A stretch of DNA of 64,000 bases, taken from positions 12,051 to 76,050 of the forward strand of contig CAJWVX010000001.1 in the NCBI GenBank assembly GCA_913048175.1. The letters are read 5' to 3'. Positions within the stretch are counted from its first letter, which is position 1, and each line of letters begins with the position of its first letter. Of this stretch, positions 22,801 to 30,892 are shown piece by piece. The notes below the pieces were generated by a model, which worked only from the letters and a program-made list of their open reading frames with translations, was not told the DNA's origin and made no database searches. Both the position numbers and the translations under genes were made by a program. The DNA is from an uncultured Flavobacteriales bacterium (GTDB lineage: Bacteria; Bacteroidota; Bacteroidia; Flavobacteriales_E; Vicingaceae).

Positions 22801-23110
22801 TCGTTCTAAATTTATTAGAAACTTCCAAATTATTGTCTTTGGCGATGTTGGTTCTGCTTGGAACGGTTTTGATCCTTGGGGTAAAGAGAACACAATAGAT
22901 GAAACTGTTTATGCCGAAGGTCCATCTCAAAACCCATCTGTTGTTGTGACTGTTTCTCAAAAAATAGATCCAATAGTTGCCGGTTATGGATTGGGGTTAA
23001 GAACAACATTGTTGGGTTATTTTTTAAGATTAGATTGGGCCTGGGGAGTTGAGGATGGATACACGAAAGAAAAACCAATATTTTATTTATCATTAAGTTT
23101 AGATATATAA
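19823..23110 (+). CDS. Large outer-membrane protein with TolB-like beta-propeller repeats and a C-terminal Omp85/surface-antigen-like beta-barrel
   Basis: 1095 aa. TolB-like repeats are present (FKMSPDGNNFAYVTNKLGQYKIYIY; EPRFIENSTKIAFTSNR). The C-terminus GLGLRTTLLGYFLRLDWAWG ... FYLSLSLDI resembles a bacterial surface-antigen barrel. The track start is TTG, and the frame is open back to 19772 with no ATG. Confidence 0.7.
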   Translation: MVLGAILFTSNSNAQFYNGTHVGFGKNRVQYDYFEWKYYRYTQYETYFYTGGKELALYTAKVARKHIQDQEEFFEYELKDKIQFIIYNKQSHFKQSNVGLSLDNGEIGGITNIMGSKVYIYFNGNHEDFNRQIKEGIAQILVNQQIYGSNWRQVLRNSSLLSVPEWYHKGLTSFVSDKWNPSIENSVRDGVTSGKYKKFNRLSDKDAIIAGHSLWAFIIDTYGEAVIPNILYMTRITQSVDRGFLYVLGISAKNLTKDWRSYYEKEYSQLVKTDEQDYLEKELFKIKKRRDYSQFKMSPDGNNFAYVTNKLGQYKIYIYYKDADKRYKIYKKEFKIDRINDESYPILEWNPTSEVLAFITEEKGALLMHYFDINSGGIQVKALFKLEKVTAMDYSDSGKEMVLSGIYKGQSDLYLYYIGPNSQKQITNDIYDDLEPRFIENSTKIAFTSNRTVDSLSYKPLDNELFNNQKDVWIIDHLSKNKTLTQVTKTPNFSETQPVGIDSMLYYLGEEGRILARYSAVKDSFITHIDTSIHYYHFYDAKPAVSFYNRGLLEHNINKEGDYTEILKDNFKYHLMVRNLSEKPDKNITISTPKDSSIIKDSVFENQVIVNVNVPIRLKPFSIVKDTSYKDLININDYVFEDEKDEIQKNTIIINRDTKQDSVWEVFKIPNQRNYNISFFNDNSALKMSNSFVNGEYQQFTGGPYISPGLGALIKFATIDLFEDHKIYGGVRLSSSTREYFMTYQNLLRRTDKEYTFSRTTSNATNGFFEAGLSTNSLKYSIKYPFSEVSSIRTTITGRNDNIVIKSTDDFSLTAPNLAEYRAIGKVAYVFDNSRNKMTNIYYGTKFKLFGEYYQEFGDGSFASTKNKFNKDGDERGRGNGTNGNMQVVGFDFRHSQKLSRELVWVNRIAASSSFGFEKLIYYLGSTDDWIPIGQEQFINEDDVNPKGLNYRYHALAANMRGFPQNVRRGTNFAVLNSEIRFPVFKYFIKRPIRSKFIRNFQIIVFGDVGSAWNGFDPWGKENTIDETVYAEGPSQNPSVVVTVSQKIDPIVAGYGLGLRTTLLGYFLRLDWAWGVEDGYTKEKPIFYLSLSLDI

Positions 23111-23112
23111 TT

Positions 23113-23487
23113 ATGAGTATCACCACTTTAGTAATATTAGTTGCAATTGGTCTTTTTGCTGGAATTGCAGGAGGCATGATAGGTATAGGTGGAGGTTTAG
23201 TTATTGTACCTTGTCTGGTTTACTTTTTAGGACTATCACAATTTGAAGCGCAAGGAACAAGTGTTGCTACTTTACTTCTTCCCATAGGCGTTTTAGCTGC
23301 TTACAACTATAATCAAGCAGAGGTAATTAATTGGAAATATGCCCTAATTATAGCATTAACCTTTATTGTTGGAGGTTATATAGGTTCTAAATTAACACTC
23401 AGTTTTTTAAGTGAATCCACTGTAAAAAAAATGTTTGGTGTTATAATGCTTATTGGAGCGATTAAAATGATATTTTTCTCAAAATAA
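23113..23487 (+). CDS. TauE/SafE family (sulfite exporter-like) membrane protein, half-size
   Basis: 124 aa with 4 TM segments and a GGMIGIGGGLVIVP motif. The start lies 2 nt after the upstream stop. Confidence 0.75.
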   Translation: MSITTLVILVAIGLFAGIAGGMIGIGGGLVIVPCLVYFLGLSQFEAQGTSVATLLLPIGVLAAYNYNQAEVINWKYALIIALTFIVGGYIGSKLTLSFLSESTVKKMFGVIMLIGAIKMIFFSK

Positions 23488-23488
23488 T

Positions 23489-24688
23489 ATGGAAGAAATT
23501 ATACAATTAATAAAAGAAAAAGCAAGTTCATACAAACAAGAAGTTATTGAAATTCGCAGGTATTTACATCAAAATCCTGAATTATCATTCAAGGAATATA
23601 ACACATCTAAGTATGTATGTTCAAAATTAGAAGAATTTGGAATTGAATATGAATCTGGAATTGTAGAGACTGGAGTTATAGGTTTAATTAAAGGTATAAA
23701 TCCAGATAGTAGAGTAGTAGCACTTAGGGCTGATTTGGATGCATTACCAATTGTTGAAGAAAATGAGGTGCCTTATAAATCAATAAATGAAGGTGTAATG
23801 CATGCTTGTGGTCATGATGTTCATACTTCTTCATTATTAGGTGCTGCAAAAATTTTGAATGAAATTAAAAATCAATTTGAAGGAACAATTAAGTTAATTT
23901 TTCAGCCAGGAGAAGAAAGATTACCGGGTGGAGCTTCTTTAATGATTAAAGAAGGAGTTTTAGAAAATCCAGTACCAAACTCAATAGTCGGACAACACGT
24001 TTATCCTCAATTAGAATCTGGAAAGGTCGGTTTTAAGAGTGGAATGTACATGGCATCTACAGATGAATTATTTATGACTGTTAATGGGAAAGGAGGGCAT
24101 GCAGCTTTACCCCACTTAAATATTGATCCTGTATTAATAACAGCTCATATTTTAACTGCTTTGCAACAAGTTGTAAGTAGAATGTCTCATCCAACATCAC
24201 CAACTGTTTTATCTTTTGGCAAAATGATAGCTAATGGTGCAACAAATATAATTCCAGATAAAGTTGAACTAGAAGGAACCTTTAGAGCAATGAATGAGGA
24301 GTGGAGAGCTGAAGCGCATATTAAAATGAAAAAAATGGCCGAATCAATAGCCGAAAGTATGGGAGGTCAATGTGTTTTTAGAATTGATAAGGGCTATCCA
24401 TTTTTGATTAATGATGAAGTTGTAACCGGAAATGCAAAGCAATCTGCTATTGAGTTTTTAGGTGAAAAAAATGTAATAGATTTGGATTTAAGAATGACGG
24501 CTGAAGATTTCGCATATTTCTCGCAAGAAAAGCCCTCTTGCTTTTACCGTTTAGGTATTAAAAATGAGGCTAAAAATATTACTTCAGGTTTACATACTTC
24601 ACAATTTAATATTGATGAAGATGCTATTGAAACATCCATTGGTTTAATGGCTTGGATAGCAGTAAAGGAATTAAAAAATATAGAATAA
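23489..24688 (+). CDS. M20D family amidohydrolase (N-acyl-L-amino acid amidohydrolase-like)
   Basis: 399 aa with MHACGHDVHT, FQPGEE and GKGGHAA motifs typical of the M20/M40 peptidase family. Confidence 0.9.
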   Translation: MEEIIQLIKEKASSYKQEVIEIRRYLHQNPELSFKEYNTSKYVCSKLEEFGIEYESGIVETGVIGLIKGINPDSRVVALRADLDALPIVEENEVPYKSINEGVMHACGHDVHTSSLLGAAKILNEIKNQFEGTIKLIFQPGEERLPGGASLMIKEGVLENPVPNSIVGQHVYPQLESGKVGFKSGMYMASTDELFMTVNGKGGHAALPHLNIDPVLITAHILTALQQVVSRMSHPTSPTVLSFGKMIANGATNIIPDKVELEGTFRAMNEEWRAEAHIKMKKMAESIAESMGGQCVFRIDKGYPFLINDEVVTGNAKQSAIEFLGEKNVIDLDLRMTAEDFAYFSQEKPSCFYRLGIKNEAKNITSGLHTSQFNIDEDAIETSIGLMAWIAVKELKNIE

Positions 24689-24721
24689 AAAAATAGCATC
24701 TAACTATAAGTTAGATGCTAT
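24687..24721. terminator. Rho-independent terminator between convergent genes
   Basis: A perfect 12-bp stem (ATAGCATCTAAC 24693-24704 / GTTAGATGCTAT 24710-24721) is preceded by A7, which reads as a T-run for the minus-strand gene. Confidence 0.75.
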
Positions 24722-24733
24722 TAATATAGTAAT

Positions 24734-25696
24734 CTATTTTCCGCCTTCAGCTTCCTTTTCTAATTTATCTAATTCATCATCAGCATCACCTGATTTACCT
24801 TCTTCAGAAGAACCAGTAGATTTTCCGTCAATTATAACTTTTCCTTTTCGATCTTGATTGTCTTCATCATCAGCATCACTAACAAATTTTCTCATAACTC
24901 TATCTTCCATTGCAGCTTTTTTTGCAGCAGCCTTTTTTGCAGCTAAAGCTTCCTTGTTTAACACATCAGGATCATACTTTTTAAATACTTCAATTAATTT
25001 TTTTGCTTTATCTGCATTTACGGCATCACCAATAGATCCTCTAAATAATTCTTCTGCGAGTAACATACCATGAGCTAAAACTGCCGAAGTAGCTTTTGTA
25101 GGAAGAAAATTTTCATCAATAAGTTTCATTGCTGCAGCTAAAGATTTTTTTCCTTCTACAGAGTTTTTAGATTTCATCTCTGCAACTCCTTGCCATAATA
25201 ATAAAACAGGGTCACTAGGAATACCTCTGTAAGCTGCTTTGTACAAAGAAGCGGACTTTCTATATTTATCATTTAAATAAAGCATTTGAGCTAGCTTATT
25301 AGAGGTATCTGATAATTGCACATAATAATCTTTAAAATCATCAGACCATTGATTGTCATAATATTTTTTGGCTTTAGCATCTGTTTTAGTAAATTTGTAT
25401 AGGTACTTTTGAGCCATTTTTAAAGGTTTTGGGTATTTAGAGTCTTTTTCTCCAACATCAAACTTTCCTGGTCTACGAGACATTTCATAATAAGCCATTG
25501 AAGCATAAACATAAATTAAAGGATGTTTTTTGTAAGAATCGTTTTGCATTAACCCTTCAGCTTTATGGATTACATCTTCATATTTTTCCTCAATCAATAA
25601 AAAGTTTAAGTCATCAATTTTTTTACCCTCTTTTTGAGCGTATAAGCTTGATGAGGCGATTATTAACAATAGAAAGAGTAATTTGAATGGTTTCAT
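24734..25696 (-). CDS. Secreted helical-repeat (TPR-like) protein with acidic low-complexity tail
   Basis: 320-aa ORF with signal peptide ...SSLYAQ. It has an alpha-helical repeat character and an A/K-rich then D/E-rich C-terminus. No family was recognised. Confidence 0.5.
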   Translation of the reverse strand: MKPFKLLFLLLIIASSSLYAQKEGKKIDDLNFLLIEEKYEDVIHKAEGLMQNDSYKKHPLIYVYASMAYYEMSRRPGKFDVGEKDSKYPKPLKMAQKYLYKFTKTDAKAKKYYDNQWSDDFKDYYVQLSDTSNKLAQMLYLNDKYRKSASLYKAAYRGIPSDPVLLLWQGVAEMKSKNSVEGKKSLAAAMKLIDENFLPTKATSAVLAHGMLLAEELFRGSIGDAVNADKAKKLIEVFKKYDPDVLNKEALAAKKAAAKKAAMEDRVMRKFVSDADDEDNQDRKGKVIIDGKSTGSSEEGKSGDADDELDKLEKEAEGGK

Positions 25697-25774
25697 ATTT
25701 ACAAGGTTTAGATTTTAAAAGTAAAAAATTACTTTAATCTTTACAAAGATAATGCCTAATTAATCAAACTATTC

Positions 25775-25782
25775 TAATTTTG
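25775..25782 (+). promoter_or_regulatory. Bacteroidota-type -7 promoter element (TAnnTTTG)
   Basis: TAATTTTG lies 15 nt upstream of the ATG at 25798. Confidence 0.35.
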
Positions 25783-25797
25783 CTATAAATTATAGAT

Positions 25798-26328
25798 ATG
25801 GATAGTCGAATTAAAATAGAAAAAAAGGAAAATAGAATAGAGGTTTTAATAAAAGCTTTTTATGATGAAAAGAAACAAAAAATGTTGTTAGTTTGGATTT
25901 TTCTATTTTCTATTTGTGGATTATCTATAGTAACACAGTTCTTTGAAGATTATGAGCAAAGTTTAAAGATTGTGTTTGGGGTGTATGTAGCTTTTTGGTT
26001 GTTTTTTGAGTTTAAGGTTATTTATGCTTACCGTTGGAGGAAGTATGGTGAGGAAAAAATTATTATTGAAGATAACAAGTTAACATTAATCAAAAAAATA
26101 GGTAAAAGAGAAGTTACACAAGCATATAGTTTAAATGAAATTAAGAAAATCGATTTTTTTAAAGATCATGGAGTCAGCTTTATTAAATCGATGAATACAT
26201 CGTATTGGAATATTAATAAATATCACTTAGCATTACATCTTGAAAATGCAGTTATTCCCTTTGCTATAGATATAGGTAATAAAGATGCTAAGAAAATAAT
26301 AAATGAATTATTGAAGTTTCAAAAATGA
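25798..26328 (+). CDS. Hypothetical membrane protein
   Basis: 176-aa ORF with two TM helices near the N-terminus and a soluble C-terminal domain. No motif was recognised. Confidence 0.5.
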   Translation: MDSRIKIEKKENRIEVLIKAFYDEKKQKMLLVWIFLFSICGLSIVTQFFEDYEQSLKIVFGVYVAFWLFFEFKVIYAYRWRKYGEEKIIIEDNKLTLIKKIGKREVTQAYSLNEIKKIDFFKDHGVSFIKSMNTSYWNINKYHLALHLENAVIPFAIDIGNKDAKKIINELLKFQK

Positions 26329-26426
26329 AAAAATTTTGGAATAAATATTATCCATACTTTCTTGATTTTTGGCAGTATTTGGTTATTCTATTTGTATTTA
26401 TCTTAGGAGCTATTTTATTTCTTTAA
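26325..26426 (+). CDS. Possible 33-aa single-TM micro-protein (not in ORF track)
   Basis: Its ATG overlaps the upstream stop (ATGA at 26325-26328). It encodes MKKFWNKYYPYFLDFWQYLVILFVFILGAILFL. The only evidence is coupling geometry and hydrophobicity. Confidence 0.3.
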   Translation: MKKFWNKYYPYFLDFWQYLVILFVFILGAILFL

Positions 26427-28468
26427 TGTGAAGATTTCTCCAGATTCTTTAATTCAATTTTTATGTCATTTAAAATAGTTGGAATAGTCTTTATAACTAA
26501 AGATGATAATTCTTTTACTTCTTCTAAAGTTTTATCATTTGCACAAATTTCATCACATAACTGGCCTAATCCACTTAATCCTAGGAGGTAGAGATTGGGT
26601 TTCATACGATGAGCAAGTGATCTTATTACCTTTTCATCATTATTTTTATAGGCTGCAAATAAGCTATTTTCATCATCTGTTAATGTTTCGGTTAGTAGAT
26701 GAAGTGTGGATATGATTAGTTTTTGTTTATTATTAGTAAATTCTCTTAGAGTTTTAATATTAAAATTTTCCAAGAAATGAACTTCTATTTTTGTAGTTTC
26801 TTCTTTTTTTATCGTCATCCTTTCAATCATATCTAATAATTGATCTGACTGAAATGGTTTTGAGAGATAATTATCTGCACCAGCATCAATACACTTTTCA
26901 CGCTCTCCTTCTGTAGCATTAGCAGTTAGAGCGAGAATAGCTATATTTCTTTTATCAAAGTCGCAATGTTCTCTGATTTCCTGAATAGCGTGGTAACCAT
27001 CTTTTATTGGCATTTGTATATCCATTAAAATTAAGTCGTAATTATTTTCTAACCAGAAATCAACAGCTTGTTGACCATCTGAAACAATTTTAACATTAAT
27101 TTTTTTTTCTATTAACAGATCATTAATTAACAATTGATTAATTGAATTATCTTCAGCTAATAAAATATTTAATCCCGACAAACTAGAATAGTCATTTAAT
27201 TTTCGGGAGTGTTTTTCAATAACGTCATTTTCTTCATTTGGTGTTTGAAACTTTAATTTGACAGAAAATGTAGACCCTTTATTTTCGACACTATCAACTT
27301 CAATAGTGCCACCTTGTAATTCTACCAATTTCTTCACGATAGTTAATCCTAATCCTGTTCCTCCAAATTTTCGAGTAGTATTTTCTTTGGCTTGAGTAAA
27401 TACATCAAATATTTTTTGCTGACTCTCTCCTGTAATTCCAATTCCTGTATCAATAATTGAAATATCTAAATAGATACTTTTTTTAGAGTGCTCAATTTCA
27501 TTTACCCGAACAGTTACATTACCCTCTGGGGTAAACTTGATTGCATTATTAATTAAGTTATATAAAATCTGGTTTAATCTAATACTGTCTCCAATTAAAA
27601 ATTCTGGAATATTTTTATCTATAAAGAATTCTAATTCAATCTTTTTTTCTGCTACCTTTCCTTCAAAAACATCAACAACTGATGAAATTAAGTCTCTTAA
27701 TTTAAACTTTTTATTTTCAAAAGTCATTTTACCTGCTTCCATTTTAGAGATATCTAAAACATCATTTACAACAACTAAGAGTGTATTTGAAGAGATATCA
27801 ATAGCATTTAAATATTCTTTCTGTTTAGTTGTAAGCTCTGTATTTAATAAAAGCTTTGTCAATCCTATTATTCCATTCATAGGTGTTCTAACTTCATGAC
27901 TCATGTTTGCTAAAAAATGACTTTTAACATCTGCAACTTCTTCTGCAATTTCTTTTGCCTTTAAAAGTTCTTGTTCTATTAACTTTCTTTCAGTGATATC
28001 TAAGTGAGCACCTACAGTTCCTATAATGTTTTTTGCTTCGTCATATAGTGGTGCTCCGCTGATTAGAATCCATAGCCAATCTCCATTTTTCTTTTTCAAT
28101 TTAACTTCATATACCCCTGTTATTCCATTTCTTCTTTTTCTATTTTCTTCTTCCATGACTTTTCTTGATCCCTTATCAAGAAATATTTCTATGTATTCTT
28201 TTCCGATTATCTCATTTTCGGAATGGCCAGTCATTAAGGTGATCCTATTATTTGCACTAACAATTACATCATTATTATCAACTTCAACTAATCCAATTTC
28301 CATGTTACTAATTATACTTCGGTACTTTTCTTCACTATGTATTAGGTTTATTTCAGTGTTTTTACGAATAAGAATTTCTTCTTTTAGCTTATTATTAGTT
28401 GTTAGTAACTGCTCAAACAATTGAAAATTAGAATCTTTTCGAAACCTATCTTTTTTTGTGTCATCCAT
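26423..28468 (-). CDS. Hybrid sensor histidine kinase / response regulator (PAS-HisKA-HATPase-REC-HPt)
   Basis: 681 aa with a PAS region, H-box SHFLANMSHEVRTPMNG, N/G boxes (NLINNAIKFT, GTGLGLTIVK), a REC domain (ILLAEDN...LILMDIQMP) and a C-terminal HPt-like LAHRMKPNLYLLG. Confidence 0.9.
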   Translation of the reverse strand: MDDTKKDRFRKDSNFQLFEQLLTTNNKLKEEILIRKNTEINLIHSEEKYRSIISNMEIGLVEVDNNDVIVSANNRITLMTGHSENEIIGKEYIEIFLDKGSRKVMEEENRKRRNGITGVYEVKLKKKNGDWLWILISGAPLYDEAKNIIGTVGAHLDITERKLIEQELLKAKEIAEEVADVKSHFLANMSHEVRTPMNGIIGLTKLLLNTELTTKQKEYLNAIDISSNTLLVVVNDVLDISKMEAGKMTFENKKFKLRDLISSVVDVFEGKVAEKKIELEFFIDKNIPEFLIGDSIRLNQILYNLINNAIKFTPEGNVTVRVNEIEHSKKSIYLDISIIDTGIGITGESQQKIFDVFTQAKENTTRKFGGTGLGLTIVKKLVELQGGTIEVDSVENKGSTFSVKLKFQTPNEENDVIEKHSRKLNDYSSLSGLNILLAEDNSINQLLINDLLIEKKINVKIVSDGQQAVDFWLENNYDLILMDIQMPIKDGYHAIQEIREHCDFDKRNIAILALTANATEGEREKCIDAGADNYLSKPFQSDQLLDMIERMTIKKEETTKIEVHFLENFNIKTLREFTNNKQKLIISTLHLLTETLTDDENSLFAAYKNNDEKVIRSLAHRMKPNLYLLGLSGLGQLCDEICANDKTLEEVKELSSLVIKTIPTILNDIKIELKNLEKSSH

Positions 28469-28478
28469 TTCAATTATT

Positions 28479-28868
28479 TTATAGACGATTAATTATTTCA
28501 TTTTTTTTAGGAGAAGCTTCTAATAATAATTCTACCTTTTTTAATAATTCAGAGGAATTAAAAGGTTTACTGAAAAATGCTTGAGCATCAATTTTTTTAC
28601 AAAAATAAAGTCCATCTTCTTTATCTATTGACGAAACTACAATGATAGGAGATTCATGGTCTTTGTATAAATCAATTAAATGGGAACTATCATAAACATG
28701 AGGAATCATCATGTCTAAAATAATTATATCAGCTGTCTTAATATCTTTATGATCTTCTAAATCTTTCCCATCCATTATTGAATTTACTTTGTATCCAGCT
28801 TCTGTAAAGAGATTTCTTAATAGAAATTGCATAACTATATCGTCCTCTATTATTAATATTTCTTTCAT
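28479..28868 (-). CDS. Stand-alone response regulator receiver (CheY-like, no output domain)
   Basis: The REC domain starts MKEILIIEDD, with DIIILDMMIP and a terminal SKPF. The track ORF extends to 28913, but the REC fold begins at the Met at 28868. Confidence 0.8.
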   Translation of the reverse strand: MKEILIIEDDIVMQFLLRNLFTEAGYKVNSIMDGKDLEDHKDIKTADIIILDMMIPHVYDSSHLIDLYKDHESPIIVVSSIDKEDGLYFCKKIDAQAFFSKPFNSSELLKKVELLLEASPKKNEIINRL

Positions 28869-28930
28869 ATGGCTAAGTTTAAGTGTTAATTGTTTTCTGT
28901 TACGCAATAACATATTAAATAGATTAGTTT

Positions 28931-28962
28931 TTCAACCAAACACTATTTTTATTCAACCAAAC
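28931..28962. repeat. Perfect 11-bp direct repeat TTCAACCAAAC x2, 21-bp periodicity, upstream of the two-component operon
   Basis: Copies lie at 28931-28941 and 28952-28962, 18-94 bp upstream of the two possible receiver starts. The spacing equals two helical turns. Confidence 0.6.
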
Positions 28963-29168
28963 GATTTTGTTTTTCTATGAACTTATTATTAATCAAGACA
29001 AGAGGCATTATTTTAGTGATAAGTAATTGTATTATAATAAAAGTGATTCGGAATTATTTAGCCAGCACATAAATTAAACTGATTCTTAAAATCCATTAGA
29101 AGCAGTAGGTGAGATAGTGAAAATTAGTAAAATAAACTCTTGTCAAAATTTGGAATAATTAACTACAT

Positions 29169-30233
29169 TTAATCAGAAATTTTGAATATTGCAGTTTTCA
29201 CTCTTTTTGTATCTATTTCCTCTATTTTTTCATTTAAAATGAGATTTTTAGCTATATTTTTTTCAAATACTTCCTTTATATTTCTAATCACTCCTACAGG
29301 AATATTCTGTTTTAAAAAAGAAGGCATTAGTTCATCTTTCGTTTTTGATTCAAATAAAGGTTGTAATTCTTTAGCTAATTCAATTCGATTTGAAACTCTT
29401 AATTGGTTGTTATAAAATTTCTTTTTTAATCCTATTTTGTCAGCTTTAAGAATACTTAATAGCATTTTAAAGTGTTTATCAGTGCCAATAGCTAAAACTA
29501 ATAAAAACCCATCCTTTGTCTTAAAAGTTTCTCCATAAGGGGCAATATTAGGATGTAAAGATCCAATTCGTTCAGGAATAAAATTGTTCATTAACCAATT
29601 AGTTGCTTGATTTTTTAAAGATGCAAGAGCTGTGTCATATAATGATACTTCAACTAAAGATCCTTTTTTTGTCTTTTCTTTTTTTAATAAAGCTAACAAT
29701 AACCCTTCTTTAAGTTGGTGGGCAGCTAACACATCAATTAAAGCAACTGGCATTTTTATCGGGCCACTTTCTTTTGTTCCATTTATAGACATAAATCCGG
29801 TCTCTGCCTGTAAAATAAGATCATATGCTACTCTTTTACTACCTGAGCCATACCCATTTATTACACCGTATATTAATGTTGAATTTAATAGCTTAAGGGT
29901 TTTATAATCCATACCCAATTTAATATCATCTCCAGGTTTAAAATTTGTAATAAGAATATCTGCAGAAGCTATTAAATCGTATACTTTTTTTTGGTCAGTT
30001 AGATCAGTAAAGTCTAACATGAGATAAGTTTTATTATAATTTACAGAAGAAAAATAAGCTGAAATATTTGTGTTTTTGTCTTCGGAACTACTTTTCCATT
30101 TTCTAGTAACGTCACCATTTACTAATTTGTTTTCAATCTTTATTACTTCTGATCCTAGTTCCGCGAAAAACATGCCAACATCTGGACCAGCTAAGACACT
30201 AGCTAGCTCTATAATTTTTAAACCTTCTAGCAT
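29169..30233 (-). CDS. CaiB/BaiF family (class III) CoA-transferase
   Basis: 354 aa. The N-terminus LKIIELASVLAGPDVGMFFAELGSEVIKIE matches the family III CoA-transferase signature region. Confidence 0.85.
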   Translation of the reverse strand: MLEGLKIIELASVLAGPDVGMFFAELGSEVIKIENKLVNGDVTRKWKSSSEDKNTNISAYFSSVNYNKTYLMLDFTDLTDQKKVYDLIASADILITNFKPGDDIKLGMDYKTLKLLNSTLIYGVINGYGSGSKRVAYDLILQAETGFMSINGTKESGPIKMPVALIDVLAAHQLKEGLLLALLKKEKTKKGSLVEVSLYDTALASLKNQATNWLMNNFIPERIGSLHPNIAPYGETFKTKDGFLLVLAIGTDKHFKMLLSILKADKIGLKKKFYNNQLRVSNRIELAKELQPLFESKTKDELMPSFLKQNIPVGVIRNIKEVFEKNIAKNLILNEKIEEIDTKRVKTAIFKISD

Positions 30234-30814
30234 TACTTTTTAGTTAGATTGATAAATAATTCTCGTCCTTTTCTTGTTTCTATAGAGTTGTATGCTATTT
30301 CCATTATGTTGATGTTGAAATAAGGTTTAAAATAATTTAAATATTCTTTCTGATTTCCTCCAAAGGGTGGCTTGTTATTATTGAGTTCAGCTCCAAATAA
30401 TAGTCCAATTAGTTTACCTCTAAAGTTTAATATATTTGAAGTATGTTTAGCATACTTACTTCTTAACTCAGGATTAATTGCACAAAAAAAAGTTTGCTCA
30501 ATCATTAAATCATATTTTTCAGTATGTTTAAAAAAATCTTCACAAATAAGTTGATCTTCAGGGAATTCAGGTACTCTTTTTGAAAATAAATTTAAAGCTG
30601 TTGGTGATAAATCTATTAGAATTAAATTTTTAAAACCATTATTAAATAAGTATTCAGCTTCATGTGCATTTCCACAACCAGGTATAATTATTTTCAAATC
30701 CTTGTTGGTTAACTGGTCAATATATTTTTTTAAGGGAGTTGAAACTCCTCCTAAATCCCAACCAATATCACTATTCAGGTATCGACTATCCCAGAATTTT
30801 TTATCGAGTTTCAT
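30233..30814 (-). CDS. TPMT-family SAM-dependent methyltransferase
   Basis: 193 aa with WDSRYLNSDIGWDLGGVSTPLKKYI and the SAM-binding IIPGCGNAHE. There is a 1-nt overlap with the downstream CoA-transferase start. Confidence 0.75.
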   Translation of the reverse strand: MKLDKKFWDSRYLNSDIGWDLGGVSTPLKKYIDQLTNKDLKIIIPGCGNAHEAEYLFNNGFKNLILIDLSPTALNLFSKRVPEFPEDQLICEDFFKHTEKYDLMIEQTFFCAINPELRSKYAKHTSNILNFRGKLIGLLFGAELNNNKPPFGGNQKEYLNYFKPYFNINIMEIAYNSIETRKGRELFINLTKK

Positions 30815-30841
30815 TATTCAATTTCAACGAAAATTAAAGAT

Positions 30842-30875
30842 AAAAAAAACACCTTGATTGCTCAAGGTGTTTTTT
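30842..30875 (-). terminator. Rho-independent terminator of rpoD
   Basis: Stem AACACCTTGA (30848-30857) / TCAAGGTGTT (30862-30871) has A8 on one side and T-runs on both strands. It lies 18 nt past the rpoD stop. Confidence 0.8.
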
Positions 30876-30892
30876 AATTAATTTTTTAAAAA

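Noticed and set aside
27537-28424. 120-aa and 132-aa plus-strand ORFs inside the histidine kinase gene
   Set aside because: These are shadow ORFs antisense to a well-supported 681-aa kinase. Their sequences are low-complexity and rich in Ser, Phe, Leu and Ile, with no motifs. The same reasoning applies to 1284-1556, 9188-9553, 15816-16124, 22667-23177, 29632-29907 and 44098-44412.
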